A stretch of DNA of 64,000 nt from Pseudobdellovibrionaceae bacterium (GTDB lineage Bacteria; Bdellovibrionota; Bdellovibrionia; Bdellovibrionales; Bdellovibrionaceae): contig JBIKLL010000001.1 of NCBI GenBank assembly GCA_044359815.1, forward strand, positions 32,001-96,000. The letters are read 5' to 3'. Below, one piece after another: positions 31,804 through 40,649 of the stretch. The notes beneath the pieces are model-generated. The model did not search any database. It was not told the DNA's origin and saw only the letters and a list, made by a program, of their open reading frames with translations. Within the stretch, counting starts at the first letter, position 1. Every line of letters starts with the position of its first letter. The position numbers and the translations under genes are program-made.

Positions 31804-32227
31804 AAACTGCTATATGACCCACCTGGCTTCGGCTAATTTGAATTTTAAAAAAATATTTCTATGATTTCACATCTTGTGAATACATCCAGCGAGCGCGACG
31901 TTTAATTTACCGCCGCATATCTCGTGTTACGTAAATGCAAAGATAATTTTTTTCACTATTTTTAGACACTCGCTAACGGCCGCGGGCTCATCTCTCGTAT
32001 TGAGTCATTAAATAAAAGCAATTTTTTTGCTTTTATTTAATGACTCAACACCAGATATGCCCCGCGCGCTCGCTGCATGTGTCTAAAAACAGTAAAAACA
32101 AATTATTTTTGCATTTACGCAATACGAGAGATGAGCTTGCGGCCGTTAGCGGGTATTCTCAAGGTGTGAAATCATAGAAATATTTTTTTAAAATTCAAAT
32201 TAGCCGAAGCCAAGTGGGCAGTTTTTA
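31801..32227. repeat. Type 2 rod-like palindromic element, copy 1
   Basis: Outer 66-bp IR 31818-31883 / 32153-32218 (3 mismatches), middle IR ~31925-31969 / 32079-32124, apical IR 32000-32021 / 32027-32048, separated by X/Y modules; outermost TAAAAACTGC/GCAGTTTTTA. Confidence 0.95.
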
Positions 32228-33334
32228 AAAATTAGCTCCAAAATCCAAATGATTTCTTTTGTAATCCCCAGTGCTTTGCGCATCAATATTGGTTTTTTGA
32301 TCAAACACAGATAGGGCCACATAGGATTTGGCACTCAGTTTATAACTGACTGAGGCCACGTAGCCCTTGGCAGAGGTATTGCCTTTAGCAAAGTCTGCAT
32401 CGGTAAACAGTCCCACAACAGAATCTTTTTCGATTTCTTGCTGTGAAAAATGCAAACCCCATTTGTCGATATTAAAAACCAATCCGTACGAGGTAGCTAC
32501 TGAATAGCTTAAAGCCTTAGTGTTTTCATTCATCTCATAAAATAATCCGATTTCGTAGTCTTCAGGCTTAAACTTAAGCTCAAACATTTTCTGCGAAATC
32601 ACAAACTCTGTAGGATAGTTTCCTGATGAATCAAAAGTGTTGTTTCCAGCTGTGGCTGTGGTCGCTCCTGAAACTAAATCCGATGGAGCGGTATTTTTAA
32701 TACCTACAAATTCGTACTGGCCAAAACCAAACATAACCGAATAAAACCCCTGCTTGAGAGTGTACAAAATCTGTCCCCCATTTATATCGTTGTCAGTTTG
32801 CTCGTTTCCGTTAGTGCTGTCGTAGTTTTCTCTGATTTTAAAGGTTGCTCCGTTCATCGCAAGTTCGTGTTCATTTTCAAACTTAACAAAATATTTTGCA
32901 GCAAACCCCTCAAAGGAAATATCCCGGTCAAACAGCATTTGATTTTTACCCGCAAAATAAAACGGACCTGGCTGCTTACCCAATAACAAATGCAAATCAC
33001 CAATGGCCTCGTAGTCAGCAAAAGCCTGATCTAACCCAATTGTGCGCTTAGGCATTCCCGGCGCATTGCGATCACCCAGGGTCTGATTGCTGCTGACTGC
33101 CTTTGTGCCCGTAGAGATTCTAAAGTTTGCCTTTAGATTCTCAGTGACTTCAGCCCCAACTCCTAAGCGAGCCATCAGCTGCTGAGAATTCTGCTGTTTG
33201 TTGGTTCCTACAGTTTCAGTTAAAAATCTGTATCTCAAATCACCATTGATTACAGGCTCAGCATAAACAGATAACGGGATAAACAAGGGTGTTAAAATCA
33301 ATGTCAGCAAAATTTTTAATTGAGCAGTTTGCAT
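32225..33334 (-). CDS. Putative porin
   Basis: Signal peptide, GDLRYR, ARLG, SSNQTLG, LDQAF, LFD.DISFEG, C-terminal Phe. Confidence 0.78.
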   Translation of the reverse strand: MQTAQLKILLTLILTPLFIPLSVYAEPVINGDLRYRFLTETVGTNKQQNSQQLMARLGVGAEVTENLKANFRISTGTKAVSSNQTLGDRNAPGMPKRTIGLDQAFADYEAIGDLHLLLGKQPGPFYFAGKNQMLFDRDISFEGFAAKYFVKFENEHELAMNGATFKIRENYDSTNGNEQTDNDINGGQILYTLKQGFYSVMFGFGQYEFVGIKNTAPSDLVSGATTATAGNNTFDSSGNYPTEFVISQKMFELKFKPEDYEIGLFYEMNENTKALSYSVATSYGLVFNIDKWGLHFSQQEIEKDSVVGLFTDADFAKGNTSAKGYVASVSYKLSAKSYVALSVFDQKTNIDAQSTGDYKRNHLDFGANF

Positions 33335-33531
33335 CCGGTACCTCTGTGGTTTGGAAAATTAAAATTCATTTTATGTGGCCTTATGCCTTTATAAACACTT
33401 CGCAATTGTAGGTAAATTTTCTTGTGACTGACAAATTCAATTGTGGGACTTAACAAGATGCAGATTGAATCCCAATAATTTGACATCACCCTGTTAAATG
33501 GCCAAGATATCAGCACAAGAGAGGTAACCCT

Positions 33532-33777
33532 ATGTCTGAAGATCTGCGTGCTGAATTAGAAAGACTTAAGAAAGAAAACGAAGCCCTTAAAACCAAGAAA
33601 CCCTCTCGCGGGACCATGTCCATGAAGGTCAGTGAAAAGGGAGCTCTTTCAGTATATGGTTTGGGCAGATTCCCGGTCACCTTGTACAAAGAACAGTGGC
33701 AGAAACTTTTAGCTATTTCAGAAGACATCAAAAAATTTATCGAAGAAAACGACGACCAGCTCAAAACCAAAGAATAG
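33532..33777 (+). CDS. Small hypothetical protein (coiled coil + KVSEKGALSVYGLGRFPVTLYKEQW)
   Basis: GAGG SD; motif recalled from conserved proteins of unknown function. Confidence 0.75.
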   Translation: MSEDLRAELERLKKENEALKTKKPSRGTMSMKVSEKGALSVYGLGRFPVTLYKEQWQKLLAISEDIKKFIEENDDQLKTKE

Positions 33778-33788
33778 CTTTAACAGAT

Positions 33789-34544
33789 TCAATCTATCTG
33801 ACTCATGATTCGTAAAACCAGTTTTCGCGGCAAGAATTTTATCAAAATCATCGCAAGTTTATTCATTGAACCACTGATGATATTGGGGCCACATTTGGCC
33901 CGCAGCGCCCGCCACAGGCATTGGGCAACCTGATCGGGATTTTGAGTTATCAATGACCGACGGTCTCGCTCACCCCCAGCACGGTTTCTAAATTCTGTCA
34001 GGGTCTTGCCAGGGTGAAGACTGCAAACAAAAATATTCTTAGACTTATATTGGCTGTACAAGGTTTCGGTAAACGAAGTCACAAAGGCTTTTGTGCCACT
34101 GTAAAGCCCCAGATTCGGCAAGGGTGCAAAGGCCAAAACCGAGGAAACATTCACCAATGCATCGCCTGATTTTGCTGTTTTTAAAAAACTGTAACTGATT
34201 TTAACCAGGGCACTGATATTCAGATCCAGGACCTCTTGGTGTTTATCCATCGGAATCTCTGTAAAAGCCCCCACTCCCCCCAGTCCCGCATTATTAATAC
34301 ATACATCAAAACTGTCAGCTGCAATACGGTCCAATACTTTTTGCAGTTCTTTGGGATTACACAAATCTGCTTTTATATAATCAAATTGGTTTTTAAAATC
34401 AGATTTCATCAATTCAAGTTTATCGCTATTTCTGGCCACACCCACTACGAAATAGTTTTCTTTAATAAACAGCTCTGTCAGTGATTTTCCAATGCCCTCG
34501 GTGACCCCTGTGATAAGGGCCGTTCCCTTAAAATTTGTTTTCAT
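33789..34544 (-). CDS. Short-chain dehydrogenase/reductase
   Basis: TGVTEGIG, NNAG, VSS, YSGTK. Confidence 0.92.
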   Translation of the reverse strand: MKTNFKGTALITGVTEGIGKSLTELFIKENYFVVGVARNSDKLELMKSDFKNQFDYIKADLCNPKELQKVLDRIAADSFDVCINNAGLGGVGAFTEIPMDKHQEVLDLNISALVKISYSFLKTAKSGDALVNVSSVLAFAPLPNLGLYSGTKAFVTSFTETLYSQYKSKNIFVCSLHPGKTLTEFRNRAGGERDRRSLITQNPDQVAQCLWRALRAKCGPNIISGSMNKLAMILIKFLPRKLVLRIMSQID

Positions 34545-34553
34545 TTAAAAATA

Positions 34554-35255
34554 CTAATTAAAGCTTTGCTCACAGGCAAAAGAAATTGATTGCGGGATCT
34601 GATCGATCATATTTTGAAGATGCCTGTCTTCCAATATATACTTGCCATACAAGATTTCAGCGGCATCCAAGGCTGTTTTAAAATAATCAACATCTTCAAA
34701 CCTGGGGGCATCGGGATTTACATCTCTGATCAAAATGTAAAACTTGATGGAGGGAAAAAGCCCCACAATCTCGCGATAAATCTGCTGATCCCAGGATGCA
34801 TTGTCTCCAATCAGCAAAACCTGATGGGGATGAACATCAGTAATCACCTTAAGCAGGCTAACTTTCTTGTGCTCATCAGGTTGATCAAAAATATTTCGCA
34901 AGTGCACAAAACCTCTAGGAAAAGAATTGAACTCTAAAAAATTATCATGCGAATCCCCCATAACTGCGTAGGGGGCATTACTGACGTAATAAATTAAGGA
35001 ATCAGGAATCGAAACCAATTGATGGTACAAAAATGCCATATTTTGCACGGCGTGGCCTGACGAAAAAGCTCTGACAACAGCTCTTGAAAACTTTAAAGTG
35101 CTGGATTCTTTTATTGTATCGTCTATATCTGAAATTATTAAAAACTGCGCAGAAGCGCTTTGAAAACTGAAAATAATGGTGAACAGTAAAATAAGGCCCT
35201 TAAGCTGCTTGATTGTGTGCATGTATGACACTGGTAATAGGTACTGTTTTTCCAA
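34554..35255 (-). CDS. App1-like phosphatidate phosphatase domain protein (HAD-like), secreted
   Basis: ISDIDDTIK, YVSNAP, LIGDN..D..IY; start uncertain. Confidence 0.75.
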   Translation of the reverse strand: MEKQYLLPVSYMHTIKQLKGLILLFTIIFSFQSASAQFLIISDIDDTIKESSTLKFSRAVVRAFSSGHAVQNMAFLYHQLVSIPDSLIYYVSNAPYAVMGDSHDNFLEFNSFPRGFVHLRNIFDQPDEHKKVSLLKVITDVHPHQVLLIGDNASWDQQIYREIVGLFPSIKFYILIRDVNPDAPRFEDVDYFKTALDAAEILYGKYILEDRHLQNMIDQIPQSISFACEQSFN

Positions 35256-35310
35256 TTGTAAACCTAAAATTCTGCTTTCTTAGAAATTCCGTCTCGGATA
35301 CACTAAAAAG

Positions 35311-35646
35311 ATGAAAAATCTTTTTGGTTATTCAGCTTTTATCTGCACTCTGATCGTTTTGCTGTCCTCTTGTTCGGCCTACAAATCTCAAGGCAGGAAA
35401 AATTTTGAAACAGATTCTGATGGCAGAACTGCTGGCGAGCTGAATGTGCAATCAATTGCCGATACCATGAGCCCTGAAAACCATGTTTATTTGGAAACAG
35501 AATCACAAAATCAGAAAAAATATTTTACTTTTTCCAAAGCCGAGCTGCTGAATGCACAATGCACAGAACTGTCGGCCGAATTACCCGTGATCTGCATTTC
35601 CGGGCAGGTTTACACCCTTTTAAGCGCAAAATTAATAGAGCCCTAA
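35311..35646 (+). CDS. Hypothetical lipoprotein
   Basis: Lipobox LLSSC; SAYKSQGRKNFE. Confidence 0.6.
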   Translation: MKNLFGYSAFICTLIVLLSSCSAYKSQGRKNFETDSDGRTAGELNVQSIADTMSPENHVYLETESQNQKKYFTFSKAELLNAQCTELSAELPVICISGQVYTLLSAKLIEP

Positions 35647-35648
35647 AA

Positions 35649-37880
35649 TTATTGATTATTGATCCGGCTGACGCCAATGACGCCTTTGATTTTTTGCAAA
35701 TCCAATAACACTTGGGTCAGCTGAGCCGTGTTTTTAACACTGACATCAAAAGTCGCTACCGCCTTTTGATCTCTGGTGGTTCTAACACTGGCATTGTGGA
35801 TATTGATACCTTGCAGGGCAAAAGCTTCACTCATGGATTTAAGCAATCCAGGCATATCCTGTGACACCACACGAACTCTGACTATCCTTTGTTGGCTGGC
35901 CTCTGAAACCTGAGTGTTCCATTCGATTTCAATCCTTCGCATTTGATCAAACTCAAAAGCTTTTTTGCAATCACTGCGATGAACCGAAATCCCCCTGCCC
36001 CGAGTGATAAATCCCACAATGGAATCCCCTGGGATTGGATCACAGCAACGGGCATAATGGACCAATACATCATCCATCCCGCTGACTGTTACCAATGAAG
36101 TTGATTTTTTATTTTTCTGAGCGGCACTCTTAAAAAACGTCTGCAACATTGAAGGCTGTGCAGAGTCTTCCTTTTCTTCTTTCTGAGTGCCGGATAAAAC
36201 TTCTGGCGCCAGTCTTTCCAGCACAAATTTTGGTTCTAATTTGCCGTAACCGATACGGACCAAAATTTCATCATCATCATGAATCCCATGATCTTTTTTG
36301 AGCTTTTCATAAAGCTCACCTTTAAGCCATTTTGCAGAGCTGGCTCCGAATTTTCTGAATTCCCTCTCCAATAATTCTTTGCCAACTACTAATGAACGCT
36401 TTCTTTGCTCTTCTTTCACAAAGACTCGGATTTTTGTTTTAGCTTTATTGGTGACACAAATTTTTAACCAGTCTTTTGATGGGGACTGAGTCTTCGAAGT
36501 TATCACTTCAACAGTGTCCCCATTTTGCAAGCGGTATTTCAGCGGCACCATCTTGCCGTTCACCCGAGCACCCACGCAGCGATTACCCAGCTCTGTATGC
36601 ACAGCATAGGCAAAATCTATGGGCGTTGAACCTTCTGGAAACTCTCGAACCTCACCCTTTGGTGTAAAAACATAAATTTCTTGTTCGAACAAATCTGTTT
36701 TAACCGTGTCCAAAAATTCATCGGCATTGCCAACTTGTTGGTGCAGTGAAACCAAATCTTTCAGCCACTCCGATTGCCTGAAAGTTTCATCCGAGATTTT
36801 GCCACGCTCTTTGTATTTCCAGTGGGCGGCGATACCTCGCTCAGCAATTAAATTCATGTCTTTTGTTCTGATTTGAATTTCAATCCGCTCACCCTCGGGA
36901 CCAAACACTGTCGTGTGCAGGGATTGGTAATTATTGACCTTGGGCATAGCGATAAAATCTTTGAACCGCCCAGGGATCGGCTTCCACAATGAATGTATCA
37001 GTCCCAAAACCTCATAGCATTGTGACAATGTATCTACGATCACCCTGAAAGCCAGCACGTCATAAACTTGTTCGTAATCAATATTTCTTGAATTCATTTT
37101 TCGATAGATGGACCACAGATGCTTGCTTCTGCCAAAAACATCAAAATTTTTAAACCCTGCTTTTTGCAATTCGGAGATGATCATGATCTTCACATCATCA
37201 ATGTATTTAGCCTGTTCCTGTTCGTCTTTTTGAACTTTTTGAGCCAGCTCATAATACCGATCAGGGTGCAAAAATTTAAAACTCAGATCTTCCAGCTCGA
37301 TTTTTAACGAGCTGATACCCATACGACTGGCCAAGGGACAATAAATTTCCAAAGTCTCTTGAGCAATCTGTGCTTGTTTTAAAAACGGCATTGAATGAAG
37401 GGTTCTCATGTTGTGTAAGCGGTCCGCCAGCTTAACTAAAATCACCCGAACGTCTTTTCCCATGGCGACGATCATCTTTCTGACGTTTTCGCCCTGCCGT
37501 TCACTAGTTGATTTAAACTGCATCTTAGAAAGCTTTGTAACCCCGTCCACCAACAGTGCAATGGTATCGCCAAATTGTGTACGGACTTCATCGATGGTTG
37601 CGTGAGTGTCTTCAACAGTGTCGTGCAATAGCCCTGTGACGATGGAATCCAAATCCAAATGCAAATCAGCCAGAATGCCTGCAACACAAAGCGGGTGTAA
37701 AATATAGGGCTCACCACTTCTTCTCATTTGACCTGAATGTGCTTTTTCCGAAAATTCGTAGGCTTTTTTAATCAAGGTTAAATCAGCAGCCGAATGGTAT
37801 GAGGTGATCTTTTCGCAAAGATCTTCTACCGATTTAAGGTCCTTTGAACTGATTTTATCTGAAGCAGCGAATTCAGCCAT
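35649..37880 (-). CDS. spoT: Bifunctional (p)ppGpp synthetase/hydrolase (long RSH)
   Basis: HSGQ.R.SGEPY, LHDTVED, YQSLHT, TGS and ACT domains; follows rpoZ. Confidence 0.95.
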   Translation of the reverse strand: MAEFAASDKISSKDLKSVEDLCEKITSYHSAADLTLIKKAYEFSEKAHSGQMRRSGEPYILHPLCVAGILADLHLDLDSIVTGLLHDTVEDTHATIDEVRTQFGDTIALLVDGVTKLSKMQFKSTSERQGENVRKMIVAMGKDVRVILVKLADRLHNMRTLHSMPFLKQAQIAQETLEIYCPLASRMGISSLKIELEDLSFKFLHPDRYYELAQKVQKDEQEQAKYIDDVKIMIISELQKAGFKNFDVFGRSKHLWSIYRKMNSRNIDYEQVYDVLAFRVIVDTLSQCYEVLGLIHSLWKPIPGRFKDFIAMPKVNNYQSLHTTVFGPEGERIEIQIRTKDMNLIAERGIAAHWKYKERGKISDETFRQSEWLKDLVSLHQQVGNADEFLDTVKTDLFEQEIYVFTPKGEVREFPEGSTPIDFAYAVHTELGNRCVGARVNGKMVPLKYRLQNGDTVEVITSKTQSPSKDWLKICVTNKAKTKIRVFVKEEQRKRSLVVGKELLEREFRKFGASSAKWLKGELYEKLKKDHGIHDDDEILVRIGYGKLEPKFVLERLAPEVLSGTQKEEKEDSAQPSMLQTFFKSAAQKNKKSTSLVTVSGMDDVLVHYARCCDPIPGDSIVGFITRGRGISVHRSDCKKAFEFDQMRRIEIEWNTQVSEASQQRIVRVRVVSQDMPGLLKSMSEAFALQGINIHNASVRTTRDQKAVATFDVSVKNTAQLTQVLLDLQKIKGVIGVSRINNQ

Positions 37881-37924
37881 GGTTCATCTGCCTTATCGGG
37901 AAATTACTTTGTGATCTTAAAAAC

Positions 37925-38170
37925 TTATGAGTTTTTATTCAGATCTTTTTCTATTTGGATTTCTGGCAAACCACGACTTGGGTCGGTATCAAATTCCACA
38001 TTGCCAGCTGCAACTTCACGAAGAGCTCCAACAATCATCTTATTGCCTTTGGTAGCAACAGTTTGTTCAGCCCCTTTCATAAGTTGTTTTGCGCGTTTGG
38101 CAACCAACAGGACTAAAGCAAATCGATTATGAACTTTGTCTAAACAATCTTCGACCGTTACACGAGCCAT
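37925..38170 (-). CDS. rpoZ: RNA polymerase omega subunit
   Basis: [16 protein letters not shown]...KRAKQL. Confidence 0.96.
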   Translation of the reverse strand: MARVTVEDCLDKVHNRFALVLLVAKRAKQLMKGAEQTVATKGNKMIVGALREVAAGNVEFDTDPSRGLPEIQIEKDLNKNS

Positions 38171-38236
38171 TTATGCACCCCAATACCTTTGACTGGAACT
38201 TTTATTAGTAACCAAACCAGAGGTCAAAAACTAATG

Positions 38237-38794
38237 CTATCTTAGTAAATCTTCAACGATTTTCTTAAAATTTAAATAAGAAGACTCAAACTCATCATTG
38301 ACCAGCGTGAAGTCAAATTTGTGGGCGTGTTCGATTTCCTTTTTGGCATTGGTCATTCGCACTTCCAAATCAGCTGGCACAGACCCCTGCCTCTTAATTA
38401 CGCGACGCCTTAACTCATCGATATTCGGAGGTAAAATAAATATTGTTTGAGCGTCTGGAAACTGCTTTTTAAAGGTAGCCGCCCCTTGCACGTCAATATC
38501 CATGATGACACATTTACCCTGAGCCCAGGCCTGATCGATTTGGTCCGATGGTGTTCCATACAAATTTCCATGCACTGTTGCCCATTCGATAAAGAAACCT
38601 TTTTTGATCTTTTCTTGAAATTCCTCAACCGAGATAAAAAAGTAAGGCTTACCCTGGCTTTCACCCACTCGCTGTTGCCGAGTCGTGCACGTAATAACGT
38701 CATACAGAGAAGGTATTTCCCTGCAAATCCGATCAACAAAACTGCTTTTGCCAGCCCCGCTGGGAGCGGCAACAATGATCATGCGATTTTTCAT
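38237..38794 (-). CDS. gmk: Guanylate kinase
   Basis: APSGAGKSS, TTR..R.GE, EWA.VHGNLYGT, DIDVQGA. Confidence 0.96.
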   Translation of the reverse strand: MKNRMIIVAAPSGAGKSSFVDRICREIPSLYDVITCTTRQQRVGESQGKPYFFISVEEFQEKIKKGFFIEWATVHGNLYGTPSDQIDQAWAQGKCVIMDIDVQGAATFKKQFPDAQTIFILPPNIDELRRRVIKRQGSVPADLEVRMTNAKKEIEHAHKFDFTLVNDEFESSYLNFKKIVEDLLR

Positions 38795-39672
38795 TCGACG
38801 TTTTGTACCTGCTCCCTCAGCCTTTCAATCAAAGTTTTTGCCTGAACCACGTTTTGAGTCAATTTTGACAAACTGCTTTTAGAACCAATGGTATTGATCT
38901 CTCGCAGCAGTTCCTGAGTGTAAAAATCCAATTTTTTACCCTGAGCTCCGCTTTCGTGAATCAATTTTGTGTAATTCTGAATGTGTTCTTTAAGGCGGCT
39001 CAGTTCCTCGTTGATATCTGATTTTTCAATCTGAATCACCACTTCCTGGGAAAGCCTTGATGAATCAATCTCTAAGCCCTCGAGCTTTGATTTTATTTTT
39101 TGCTCAAATTTCTCAAGCAAAATTTGATTGGCCTCTTCTCGTTCACTGTGAATTTTTTCGACGATGTTTTTAAGTTCACCTAGCAATTTTAAAATATCAT
39201 TAGTGACGCTTTTGCCTTCACGCAATCTTTCCTGATTGCAGGCACTGCAGGCCTTTTCAAATGCTTTCAATAATATCTTTTTCTCAGATCCCGACAGCAC
39301 AGGGCCCTGTTCCTTTTTGTAAACCATATCAGGAACTTTCATCAGTGTTTCAATACTGATATCCTGTTTAATATTCAGCTGCTGTGACAGTTTTTTTAAT
39401 TCAATGGCCAAGGACTTTGCCAAAGGATAATTCACCACTAACTGAAAATCCTTGCGACCAGGATTAGGCTTCACTGATACAAAAACATCAACAGTGCCCC
39501 GTCTGAAGGATTTTTCGATGATTTTTTTAAAATCCACTTCAGCTGCAAAAATTTCCTTGGGAACATGAAATCGCGTTTCCAAAAACCGGCCGTTCACAGA
39601 CCTGATACTGACTTCGTATTTAAAAGATTTAGAGTGTGATTCGCCCACCCCATAGCCAGTCATGCTTTTCAT
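38791..39672 (-). CDS. yicC: YicC/YloC family endoribonuclease
   Basis: MKSMTGYG, RSVNGRFLE, GKKLDF..QE..REINTIGSK, REQVQNVE. Confidence 0.92.
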   Translation of the reverse strand: MKSMTGYGVGESHSKSFKYEVSIRSVNGRFLETRFHVPKEIFAAEVDFKKIIEKSFRRGTVDVFVSVKPNPGRKDFQLVVNYPLAKSLAIELKKLSQQLNIKQDISIETLMKVPDMVYKKEQGPVLSGSEKKILLKAFEKACSACNQERLREGKSVTNDILKLLGELKNIVEKIHSEREEANQILLEKFEQKIKSKLEGLEIDSSRLSQEVVIQIEKSDINEELSRLKEHIQNYTKLIHESGAQGKKLDFYTQELLREINTIGSKSSLSKLTQNVVQAKTLIERLREQVQNVE

Positions 39673-39694
39673 TTTTCTATTTTTGAAGTGCAAA

Positions 39695-40621
39695 TCAAAG
39701 CCAGTCAACAATTGTCTTTAAAATACCCTTATGGTCCTGAAAATCGTAGCGAAGCATCGAACCATGCAGTTCGCGCTGATACCAAGTTCTTTGCTTTTTA
39801 GCGAGCTTCATAGTGGCTTGTACAATGTCAGCATGCAATTGAGTCTTGTCTATTTTTTCTACATCAAAACCGCATTGTTGCAGATGAAACAACGCTTGCT
39901 TATACCCCACCGATTGCAGTGCAGGAAAATCTAACCCCAGGGACTCTTTTACCGAAATTATTTCCTGCAAAATGCCCTCATTCAAAATTCTAACGGTACG
40001 ATCGGTAATCCTTTGTAACAAAACAGGTCTTGAAATCTGCAGTACAAATTCCTTAAACGGATAAGGAAATAATTTTTTTTGGGCAAGGACCAGCTCTGAA
40101 ACTTTCTTACCTGAAGACCTTAAAATCTCGACAGCTCTGCCGATTCGGTAATGATCATTAACATGTAGTTTTTTGTAAGTTTCAAAATCTTTTTCCTTAA
40201 TTTCTGACAGCAACCTCTCGGCACCACCTTCTGATCTCAGCTCAGTTTCAATGGAATCTTTGAGCTTTGAATCCCCAACTGGATTGTCATACATTCCAGT
40301 GATCAATGAATAGGTGTAAAATCCCGACCCTCCAACAATGACAGTCAGTTTTTTGCGGGTCTCCAGTTCCTTTAATAAATTTAAAACCTTTTTTGTAAAT
40401 TGCCCGGCTGTTAGGGGTTCGTCGATAGACTGAGTCCCAAACATGTAGTTTTCAAACCCTACCAGCTCACTCTGATTGGGCCTGGCTGACCCCACGCTCA
40501 ATTGATTATAAAATTGCAAGCTGTCACTGTTGATGATTGCCGCATCTGTTTTTTCGGCGATTTTAAACGCCAGTTCGGATTTGCCTGAGGCCGTCGGGCC
40601 CGAAATAAAAACGACTTTGAT
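39695..40621 (-). CDS. miaA: tRNA dimethylallyltransferase; frame extends upstream to include the P-loop, apparent ATC start
   Basis: In-frame IKVVFISGPTASGKSELA..INSDSLQFY upstream of listed ORF; VGGSGFY, SVGYKQ, LAKKQRTW; follows mutL. Confidence 0.9.
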   Translation of the reverse strand: MKVVFISGPTASGKSELAFKIAEKTDAAIINSDSLQFYNQLSVGSARPNQSELVGFENYMFGTQSIDEPLTAGQFTKKVLNLLKELETRKKLTVIVGGSGFYTYSLITGMYDNPVGDSKLKDSIETELRSEGGAERLLSEIKEKDFETYKKLHVNDHYRIGRAVEILRSSGKKVSELVLAQKKLFPYPFKEFVLQISRPVLLQRITDRTVRILNEGILQEIISVKESLGLDFPALQSVGYKQALFHLQQCGFDVEKIDKTQLHADIVQATMKLAKKQRTWYQRELHGSMLRYDFQDHKGILKTIVDWL

Positions 40622-40649
40622 ACCTGCTCCTGAAAATCAATTTTGAATA

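Noticed and set aside
31971..32152. Integron attC interpretation of CGCTAAC…GTTAGCG
   Set aside because: Imperfect match to RYYYAAC/GTTRRRY, no same-orientation cassette array, no integrase, and the sites flank ordinary chromosomal genes
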